This document shows, one piece after another, positions 38,001 through 50,000 of a stretch of DNA of 64,000 nucleotides; position 1 is the stretch's first letter; the number at the start of each line of letters is the position of its first letter. The DNA comes from Magallana gigas. Lineage: Eukaryota. Made by a program: the position numbers and the translations under genes. Location of the stretch: positions 49,104,001 through 49,168,000 of the forward strand of contig NC_088859.1 of NCBI RefSeq assembly GCF_963853765.1. The letters are read 5' to 3'. Under the pieces are notes generated by a model. It saw only the letters and a program-made list of their open reading frames with translations. It was not told the origin of the DNA and did not search any database.

Positions 38001-41000
38001 CTCAAATACTACAATCCTCTGTTCCTCTTCAAATCTAAGTCTTTCCTCTTCCTCTCTTCTTGTGAAAAAACAAAATGACATAAGAATGGTGTCATAAATT
38101 TTACAAAGAATTCACTCTCTTTTTAATGTTTTTTTTTTTCAACAGGTATGTATATACAAATAAATATCATGGTAAGTTTAGTGTTAGCAGTACATTCTAA
38201 ACAGGCACACAATGGGACCTTCCAGCCTGTGTGGTGTTTATCTTACATATAAAACATGCACACTAGGGTCACCTGATCTGTTCCAGAAGCTGCTGTTCCT
38301 CCCACTCTCTCTCCCGTCGCTCCAGATCCAGTTGTTCCAGACGAATCTGCTCCTGTTGCTTCCTCCACTCCATTTCTTCTGTTGCTTTCCTTCAACAAAA
38401 TCAACAAATAGCAATGATTTCAATCCAAACTGGAATTGCATGATATAAATATGTATTTCATTTAAAAATCATTTTTCTTTTGCACAGGGAATAAGATATA
38501 CTTGATGAAAAATGATATTCCATAAAAAATTGTACCTGATTTCATCTCTCTCTTGTTCTAGCTTGTATGCCTCGGCCCGTTGTTTGATGTGAAGATCCTT
38601 TAGTCTCCGACTTTTGTCGACAACTTGAGTGGTGCGAAAAGGAGACAATCTGTTACGCTGCTTGAAAAAATCAATAAAGATTTTAAATAGCTATCAGTAT
38701 CCAAACAAAAGACAAACATAATAAGTCTAAACAATCATTTTAAACTACCGGTAAATTTGCTTAGTTTAAGACTAATTTTTCATTAACTTTCCCCCTCGTT
38801 CTGACTTTCGCTGCAATTCTATCAACCAAATCTCCCTACCTGATCGTAAGAGTGAGACATTGCACTGCGGGACTTGAAGTAGCCAATCCTGTGGTTCCTC
38901 ATCCAGCCCGAGCTAGACTGCCAGCCCCTGCCTTCCCCACCCCCAGGCTTCCAGTTCAGATGAATTACCCTACGGGGTTTGTCTCCCTGGTCCTTACTGC
39001 TTACACTGCGGTCCCTGGAAGATATCCGACCCTCACCAGCCTTGTCAGTGCTTTTGCTCTTAAGGGAGATAATCTTAGATCCTTTCTCGTTGCTTTTGCT
39101 CTTAAGGGAGATAATCTTAGATCCTTTTTCGTTGCTTTTGCTCTTAAGGGAAATAATCTTGGATCCTCTGTCATTTGTTTTGCTTTTCGGGGAGATAATC
39201 TTGGATCCTTTCTCATTTGTTTTGCTTCTCAGAGAGATAATTTTGGATCCTTTGACCTCCTTCTTTTTCTCTAAATCAGGTTTTCCTGCTGTATTGAAAA
39301 GTAAACATAATGTATGAATGTATATACCTCTTTTATTCTTTATTTTTTTACCATATAAATAATCCAATGATACATTTACTGATCTGACCTGCTGCAGGTT
39401 TATCTCTCTTGTTGTCTCTGGTTTTCTGCGTTGGTCGGGGCCTCATGTCACCGGATTTCTTGTCGGTTTGACAATTTTCGGGTTTCTGTGTCTGACCTTT
39501 GACATCAGTGACCTTTGTCTTGGTACTGGTTCTGCCTTGTGTTTTGTTTACTTTTATAGTATTACTTGAAGTTTTGGATACAGTTTTTTTAACAGCTTCT
39601 TTTGCTGCAATACACATAAAGACCAAATAAAACCAAGTATCATATATCATTACATTCTGAACAAATGACATCTCAAATGTAAGAAAAGAATTTTCTTTTC
39701 TCAATTCACAAATATCAATGGTTAAACAATACATGAATGTCTCAAAACAGTTTCTTTTTCTATTGCACCACTTATTATTTTAATTTTTTCCCAGGATAAA
39801 GAATGCGGCAAAATGTAAATCAAGATATTATAGAAAATCTTACGTTTTTCTACAGCAGTCTCACTTGAGTTTGATAACTGTGACTTCGGAAGTTCAACTT
39901 TTGGCTAAGGTGGAAAAAAAGTCCATATGAATTATCTTTTGGTTCAATAAGAATGATGGAGAATGAACAAATCACTGCTGTCAGATGAGTGTGACAAAAG
40001 ATTAGTGTGAATATTATATGTATTTACATATAGGTGTACTGAAAAGAGAGAACTTGGTTGACCTTATCGAATGTTAAACTGATAGTATTCCCATTCAATT
40101 TGGTGTTGTTCAGACTTGCTATGCACTTCTTGGCATCCTCTATTGATGACAATATGATGTACCCAAAACAGCTGCTGTCAGGACTCCTGGCATTGGTCAT
40201 AATCTTAGCAGCCACCACCTACAACAAGAGAAACCGGTCATAATCTAAGCAAATACAGTAAAACTTGTCTAATCCAGTGAAGGGTGGTTCTGAGAAATTT
40301 GGCCAGATTGGGCAACATCCAATTTGGGGGACACTGTTGAAAATTAATTTTAGTATTTAATGCAGTAGGTCTTGATCATCTATTCTTCAAAATTTTCATA
40401 TTTCTCCTGAAATATATTAGTCATCCTCGATCGTGATTACAGGGCTAATTTTCCTTTTTTTTATTTGGAAAACAATTAATTGCATCACGGAATACGTACA
40501 ATGGAAATACCTTTTCAATCAAATCATCGATAATTTTTCAACACCCGATTAAACTGAGAAGACAAAAGACAAGTGCATGCTTCACCGGAAATTGCTAAAC
40601 AAACATTGACCACACGAAAAGTCAACAGGTGGTTGATTACGTAATGGCAAGAACTGTTTTTATGCAGGGGAACAATGGATAAATATTTTAAATTCACAAA
40701 AATTTCATCAAGAATGGAGCATTTTGACAGAATAAAATGTCACTCTGTTTGTACTACGGGCATTACAAACATTATCTTTGGTCTTACTCTTGCGGTATCC
40801 GGAATCAACACCTGAAAAAAATGGGGTGAAGTATAATCTAAATAATCTAATTTTGGCTTTAAAATTACGTATTTATTTATAACAAGAGTTAATGGTATAA
40901 ACTAAAGTGAGTTGAGAGTTTGGATAATAATATTTACAGTGGTTAAAATCAATAGCAACGACGGAAAAATTGCTCGATAATTGAGCAGTAATTATTCTGC

Positions 41001-44000
41001 ATAAGGCCAATTGATAAGTGGCCGATTGATAAGTGGCCAGATTACGAGATATAACTCTCACTAATTATAAGGAGTTGTTTCTATACATCGCGGCTGGTTT
41101 ACAGAATAGACAAGATCTGGATTGCACAACATTATTTAAACATAAAATGATAGGAAAATGTCAAGGGACTGAATAATTTTGCCGGATTGGACAACATGCC
41201 GGAATGCACAACATCCGGATTCAACAAGTTTTACTGTACCACCTACAACAAGACAGATTGGCCATAATCTTAGCAAATACCACCTACAACAAGACAGATT
41301 GGTCATAATCTTAGCAGCTACAATCTACGACAAGACAGACTAGTCATAATCTTAGCAGCTACCACCTACAACAAGACAGATTGGTCATAAACTTACAAGC
41401 TACCACCTACAACAAGAAAGACTGGTCATAATCATAGCAGCTAGTCTACAACAAAACCAGCTACAATCTACGACAAGACAGACTGGTCATAATCTTAGCA
41501 GCTACCACCTACAACAAGATAGACTGGTCATAATGTTAGCAGCTACAATCTACGACAAGACAGACTAGTCATAATCTTAGCAGCTACCACCTACAACAAG
41601 ATAGACTAGTCATAATCTTAGCAGCTACCACCTACAACAAGATAGACTGGTCATAATGTTAGCAGCTACAATCTACGACAAGACAGACTAGTCATAATCT
41701 TAGCAGCTACCACCTACAACAAGATAGACTAGTCATAATCTTAGCAGCTACCACCTACAACAAGACAGATTGGTCATAATCTTAGCAGCTACCACCTTCA
41801 ACAAGACAGACTGGTCATAATCTTAGCAGCTATAATCTACGACAAGACAGACTGGTCATAATCTTAGCAGCTACCACCTACAACAAGACAGACTGGTCAT
41901 AATCTTAGCAGTTACCATTTGCAAGAAGACAGACTGGTCATTATCTTAGCAGCTACCACCTACAACAAGACAGACTGGTCATTATCTTAGCAGCTACAAC
42001 CTACAACAAGACAGACTGTTCATAATCTTAGCAGCTACCATTTACAGCAAGAAAGACTGTTCATAATCTTAGCAGCTACCACCTACAACAAGACAGACTG
42101 GTCATTATCTTAGCAGCTACCACCTACAACAAGACAGACTGTTCATAATCTTAGCAGCTACCATTTACAACAAGAAAGACTGGTCATAATCATAGCAGCT
42201 ACAGTCTACAACAAAACCATCTACAATCTACGACAAGACAGACTGGTCATAATCTTAGCAGCTACCACCTACAACAAGACGGACTGGTCATAATCTTAGC
42301 AGCTACCACCTACAACAAGACAGACTGGTCATAATCTTAGCAGCTACCACCTACAACAAGACAGACTGGTCATAATCTTAGCAGCTACCACCTACAACAA
42401 GACAGACTGGTCATAATCTTAGCAGCTACCACCTACAACAAGACAGACTGGTCATAATCTTAGCAGCTACCACCTACAACAAGACAGACTGGTCATAATC
42501 TTAGCAGCTACCATTTACAACAAGAAAGACTGGTCATAATCATAGCAGATACAGTCTACAACAAAACCAGCTACAATCTACGACAAGACAGACTGGTCAT
42601 AATCTTAACAGCTACCACCTACGACAAGACAGACTGGTCATAATCTTAGCAGCTACAATCTACAACAAGACAGACTAGTCATAATCTTAGCAGCTACCAC
42701 CTATAACAAGACAGACTGGTCATTATCTTAGCAGCTACAATCTACGACAAGACAGACTGGTCATAATCTTAACAGCTACCACCTACAACAAGACAGACTG
42801 GTCATAATCTTAGCAGCTACAATCTACAACAAGACAGACTAGTCATAATCTTAGCAGCTACCACCTACAACAAGACAGACTGGTCAATATCTTAGCAGCT
42901 ACCACCTACAACAAGACGGACTGGTCATAATCTTAGCAGCTACCATTTACAACAAGACAGACTGGTCATTATCTTAGCAGCTACCACCTACAACAAGACT
43001 GACTGTTCATAATCTTAGCAGCTACCATTTACAACAAGACAGACTGGTCATTATCTTAGCAGCTACCACCTACAACAAGACAGACTGTTCATAATCTTAA
43101 CAGCTACCACCTACAACAAGACAGACTGGTCATTATCTTAGCAGTTACAACCTACAACAAGACTGACTGTTCATAATCTTAGCAGCTACCATTTACAACA
43201 AGAAAGACTGGTCATAATCATAGCAGCTACAGTCTACAACAAAACCAGCTACCACCTACAACAAGACAGACTGGTCATAATCTTAGCAGCTAACACCTAC
43301 AAGAATCATAATTATGTTATCATCATAACAGAACTTTACTCCATCTCCCCTAAAGACAATCAACTTGCTCAAGACACTTTGCAGAAGGATGCTCCTATCA
43401 ATGATTTAATTCATCTTCCTTACTTTACTTACTCAATTTATTAACTAACTAATCAAATCCCAAGAAAATTTCTTCCAAGCATTGTCACATATTCTTAAAT
43501 TGAAGGTTTAAAAGAAGTTTTTATTTTCACATATCTTAACACTGGTACCCGTTTCATTTTTTTCATTAAAACATATTTCATTGATAAACCAAATATCAAC
43601 AAGATTTAGTATCCGTCATAGCCTATATAAGCCCTCTCACTAATGGTACTAGTATATAGCAGCATACACGCCTCATTACAAGGGACAACAAAAATAATCC
43701 TACACCCCTATTGTCGTTTATCTCTGCCCTGCTTACAATAAGATTGTCACTACCAGTAGACCCCCCTTAGATAAATATTTATGTACTGCTTGTGGCATGA
43801 AACTGATACAACATTACTGAATAGCTGTACATGTGAAATAGAAATGCTTAGTAAAAAAACGAAGGGTTACCTTGACATGTTTGTTGAAGAGAGCTTTCAA
43901 ATCATTGGCCCTGGTGGAGGAATTAATCCCGCTGACCCAAAGGTTGCAAGACGGCACTACAATAGGGAATAAAAAACAGAAATCATTTAAAGTCTTCTTA

Positions 44001-47000
44001 TCTGGGTGGAGTTTTATTTTATCATTTATTTATAAAATGTCCTAGCAACACAAAGTGAAGAGACTTTTAAATGAGTTACGGATATTTATTTCAATACAAA
44101 AAGGCATTACCTGGAACCGCCCCAGTATTATCCTCTGATGCAGAACTGAAAAATAATGGGTGAAACCAAATTATTTCACAAAATTAATTTCTCAAATTTA
44201 AATGCATTCTGGTTACAGAATTACTGAAATACATGTTTGTTACTTAAAAGAGCAAATTCTACCATGAAGTTTTTTTTTATGGTCTCAAGTATCACACCAA
44301 GATTTATTGACAAACAGATTACTTTACATTTTTCTTGCCACATGTTGCCAGCTTTCAAAAGATTCTGTATCTACTGCAAAGTCACCTTTCAATCAACTTT
44401 GTATGAGGTCATAAATAAGTTTTCCGCCAACTCTTTCCAAATCCCTAAGGTCCAATAGATGAATTAATGAAACCAATAGGCGTAACAATTTGTACTCCAC
44501 ACCTGAATTGTGCCAATAATGTGAATTCCAATGTTCACTAAGGGCATATTATCAAGAACATGTCAAAACTAAAATTTACTTGAGCTTTTAGTACATTAAG
44601 CAACAAACAAGACAATCTTTTCCAATCAATTCCATTTAAATGATCACATTAAGCAGGTAAATCAGTTTTACAAATCCTTTCCATGAGTGTAACAGCGTCC
44701 CAATATTCAAAGCCTTAGAGCCGCGGGAGCAATGTATTATCAGCTCCCACTGTTCAGTGATCCATCAAACCCTGTACAGATCTACACGTCAACAAAGTGT
44801 GTACTTTGTCTTTTTACTATAGCAAATCTCTCTAACTTTTTGAATCTGTAACACTTCTGACTCTTCTCCTGTGTTTACACTGCTTCAAGGACTTGTATGA
44901 TCCCTTCTACCCATCTTTAATAATTCTCATCTAAAGCCTTTGTAACAAATGCTTATAACAAATGTTTGAATTTCAAGCTCCATTAGTGGCAATCCCCTCT
45001 TTTATTCTGTCATTTCTGTACTACTGAGAGCAAAAATTCCATGTGAACAACTTTTGTCCAACTTTAAAAACCAACATATCCAAATTAGCGGGCCATACAT
45101 AGATGTTCTTTCATAGGAATGGTGGCTCTGCCTTTACACTTATCTCATCACTATAGCTCCTTGGATGAAGACAGTCTCAACATTTGCATGATATGGAGCA
45201 TCTGCTGCATTACTCCAACACTAAATGTGGTAGTTGACTGCAATACCTCTCTAAAGGTGGATAGCAGAAATCAAGATGGAAACCAAGAATCACTTCATTC
45301 AAACATTGGATACTGAAACTACAGCAAGTTTCTCAAACTGGTTGACAGGTGCAAACACTTTTAATGCATAAAAAATATCCATCACTTTATTTACATCATT
45401 TTTGTTAAATTAGGATGAAATAAATATAGATCTGAATTATTGGCAAAGGAGGGCAATTTAGACTTTTTGATATTTTAACACTGTTCACCTCTATATCAGC
45501 AACCATTGGTAGGGGGTTGCCTTCAACACTCTATATTACCAACAGTTGGGAAGGATTGTCTTATACCGTGTATCTGTAACAGCAATGGTTGGAAGGGATT
45601 GTCTTATAATGGTTGGAAGGGATTGCCTTTGCCTATTTTTATTAGCAATGGTTGGCAAGAATTGTCTTTACCCCTCTTTCTCAGCAATGGTTGGCAAGAA
45701 TTGCCTTTATTTATCTATATCAGCACTGGTTAGCAAGGATTGCCTTTATATCTCTATATCAGCACTGGTTAGCAAGGACTGCCTTTATATCTCTAAATCA
45801 GCAACAATTGGCAAGGATTGCCTTTATATATCTATATCAGCACTGGTTAGCAAGGAATGCCTTCACCTGCCTTTACTAGCCAGGATTGCCTCCACCCCAC
45901 AATATTATCAACGGTTGGCCAGGATTGCCTTTACCTCACTGATTTGAAGACATGGTGAGGATTAGATTGCAGCAATTTACTGAGTCCTGTAACATCAGAA
46001 TTCACAATTAAATGATTATTCATTCCTTGTTGCTGGATAACAGGTCATCTTATAATAGACTCATCTGGAGGATAGGGGTCATCTCTTATTCCTTTTAGAC
46101 ACACAAACAAAATCTCATTCATGGATTAAAATCGTTCCTTCTTGGGAATGATTTGTCTCTTTATCTATTACAAGTATCTACAGTTCTTCTTCAGTAGGGG
46201 TACAATTGTCACATATGATGCTTTAGCATGTTAATTTGAAAGCCTGTTGATGATGAAATCACTTTAACAGTCAACTCTATACCAAAATCAAACAATTATC
46301 TAATTCACCAAGAACTGGTTTGGATGCTTTCTTCTTAGTACTTTCAAAACTGTAGTTCATCATAAGGTCTGCCAACATACTTTTCATCCTTCTCTTCCAC
46401 TGTTGTCATCAGACCTGCTGTTTCTCAGCAATGGCATTTTAATATTGATAGAAAAAGCCAGCAGTACCATAGGTTTAAATCTAATGGGCATTCCCTTTGG
46501 AAACTAGAAATAAATAAGACAAGAAAATAATTCATAAGAGAATCAATGATTTTTGGCAGTGCCTGGACTAGTTCAATATACCCCTGTGTTGTTCAAAGAT
46601 TGATGCAAACAAAACACTGTCAGTGGGTGATTCAGGATGAGTCCTCTGGATGGATGATACATCAGCCTCTAAGACCATTCCAAGAACTGATATCAGGGAG
46701 ACCAATAAACGCTGAGTGTGCCTTCTCTTTGCTATAAAGAGTAGTTTAGTTATCTACCTGAAGTCTTTCAATTTATTCTTCGTGAGTTAATTCCCCTGCA
46801 TTTTTTTGGTAAATGTTCTTTGTAGTATAATTATTTAACCTCTGAACATTATGGGATTGCTGAGTACACCCAATACAATCTCCCACAAGGATTGTCATAC
46901 ATCTCCTTGTGACTTCCCTCCAGGTTTGCCCGACAAGTTCTCTTTCATTCACCTTTTACGTGAGTAAAATAAATCTGTTGCATAATGATACCGTATCCAA

Positions 47001-50000
47001 ACTGTTCATCTGACAGGCTCTCTGATAATTCAAACAGGTTGATACAGGTGAAAAAATCCTGACATTAATAATGATGTCATCTTCCATTGAAGTCCCCAGT
47101 GATTGATTTTTTGGTTGATCAACTAATCTCATGAAAAAAAAAGATTTCTCATTCCTGTTCTTGTATCTTAGATGGATGCAAGAATGTAAAGGTATCTATA
47201 ATGCTATGCACAGATATGTCTTCTTTCTCTAGGTACATGTAATCCTTTTTTCAGTATATTTCAAGGTTGTCTTATGTTGTATTCTGGGGGGAAACAAAAA
47301 GTAAGAAACACACACATTCAAAATAACGTTTCCCTTCTTACAATTAATATTTCTGCAAATTCATATCAAATACAAATGTACAAGTACTTGAAATCTGAAA
47401 TAAAAGCAAAGAGAAAATACAAACTGATGAATAAAAGCTGGTTATATATCTACTTGCATATGTGTACTTATTTTACAACAATGTATAAGAAACATACAGC
47501 TCTGTATGTATACAACTGCCCCATAATTATACATTACCAAAACATTTTTAGTAAACTATAGTCTGTCTCAAGATATTTCTGCCGCACATTTTGAAGATTT
47601 TAAATAAAAAAACAAATACCTGTGAAAGAGGTGCAATTAATATTGATGAACGAGATTATTTCCAAGATAAAATCATTGACACTTTATCATTTTTCACTTG
47701 GAAATATTCTCAGGAATGAAAACAGATTTCTTACAGAGATTTATAATGGGATATGTTGACAATTTGACATGTTTCTCCATTCGGAAGTCACTCAGAATAC
47801 CATGCACAATTATTTTACATCATCATTCAGGTCTGCTGCTTTACTACAAATCCCTGTAGACATCACATTTTTTAGGCATGTATTGAAACCTGACAAGCTA
47901 GAGGGGGCGATTCAAAAGAGAAATCTTGGGATTTTTTCCTACCATTGCATTGACATAGTTTGATTCCTGACTGAGGTATTTATGAATATTGAATAATTAC
48001 AGAAAAAGTGCAGCATAAATATCTTGGGGCAGACTATATATAAGTACACATATATAAGTAAAGATACAGGTTTTCTGCATTAAAATATCATGCACTTGCA
48101 TTTGAATAGATTAATCAACATAGTTAATCTGAACAATGGTCATACAAGCCAAACCTTTTCATGGAAACTTTGCTGTCCACTTTTTCTTCCCTTTCTTCAC
48201 TATGCCCACTTCTTTGTCTCTGCCTGCTGTTTGACTTCTGTCCACTTCCTGAACTTGTCCGCTGTCCACTGCCACCACTACTTTTGTGTCTACTGCCACT
48301 GCTGGACTTCTGCCCATTGCCTCCACTGCCACCACCTGACTTCTGCCCATTACCATTGCTTGATCTTGATCCACTGCCACCACTAGATTTCTGCACACTA
48401 CCATCACTGGACTTCTGCCCACTGCTACTGCATGGTTTTTGCCCAGAACTTCTTGCTTTCTGCAAACTACTGGATTCAGTTTTCTGCCCATCTTTGCTAC
48501 TGCTGCTTGATTTCTGAACTTTGTTGCTGCTGCTGTTAGACTTTGGCAGGTTTTTGCTGCTTGGTTTTAGCCCACTGGTGCTTGGTTTTTCGGGTTTGTG
48601 ATCAACATCACTGCTTATTTTCTGCCCACTGCTGCTGGATCTCTGCCCACTATTACTCCCAGGCTTCTTCCCAGTGCTGCTTTTGAGCCTCTCAACACTA
48701 ACTATGCTGGACTTGAGTTTCACTGAGGTTTTTCTGTCATCGTTCGATCTCTTGACACTGGTGCTACTGGTGCTGCTGGATCTCTGGCTAGCATTCTCTG
48801 CCTTGTTGCTGGACTGAACTTCTTCAGTGTTGCTGTTTACAGATTTTTCTCTGTCCTTTATATCTGCATCAAGGTCATCCTGTGTGTCATCTACATACAC
48901 ATCCAAGGACTCCCCCACACCTTCTTGTGATTCCTCTGTCACTACTGGCCAAAACAGAAGTAGTCATTAATACTCATATAAATAACCTTTTTCTACTTTT
49001 AACTTACCATTTCTCATTTTCCATAAAACCTCAGTCACACATTTCACTGCAAAACCTAATAAATATTAGATGGAATGAAAGTGAGAAAAGGGCAGACATG
49101 AGTGAAAATGATAGATGTAAGAACATGGATAAAGAGTGGAGTGCTTTACACTTTATTTTTTGGTAAATGATTCAATGTTAACATGAACTCTGCTTTTTGA
49201 TTTGCTGTGCTTGGTTCAGTATTTCACGTTCAGTCTCCGATAAATGCAAGAGGTGCAATTATCACAAGTATTTTTCTACTGAGTTGCTTTGTCCATGAGT
49301 TTTACTTTATACAACAGAAGGGATCAGGGGCTACTGTGCTCCTATGATTTGGCTACTTTATGGTATGATGTGGTTACTCTGTGCCTATGATGTGCCTATT
49401 CTTACAGTATAACATCCTTCCACTTTTTCTGTATATATTTTCCATTTGGTTGAAGTGTATTGTCATTTTTTATCACCGATTTGGAGTTGGAAGTCTTATA
49501 TTATCTCATCAGATACAGATATTTTTCGCTGATTGACAAACACTTCCAACATTAACTTCTGGACATTAGAAAACTGTTACTGTTGTTCTGCCAAGTTACT
49601 GAGGTTGATCTATTTCTTAGCAACAGGAAATGATCATGTGTGAAGTCAAAACAGGTTCACATCGTCACAATTCTTCATAAAACTGTATAGTTTTCTCTGG
49701 TTTTGAAATTGTTTCTTTGATTTCCTCCTCATGATGATTTTTTTTTTATAAAACTGCAATACTGGCAAGGCTTTAATGTCTAATCCATGGTCTATAGTGG
49801 ACTTTAAAACTCTCTTCTGTTAACATACTGTCTCCACTCCCATCTTGTGTTGATTTAATCCCTGGACACCATCAGGTCACCTAAACCACTTCCATTTATC
49901 CTTTTTCGGTGATGTTACGTTCCTCCTCTGTGTTTCCAGAGTTATTCTTCATACACCTTGTTGCATATGTTCTTAATTTTCTCAGTATAAGTGTTCTTTA

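Noticed and set aside
41239-43302. CRISPR-like appearance of the regular 41-bp array
   Set aside because: Units are contiguous with no unique spacers, there are no cas genes, the context is eukaryotic and intronic, and the unit derives from the adjacent splice junction.
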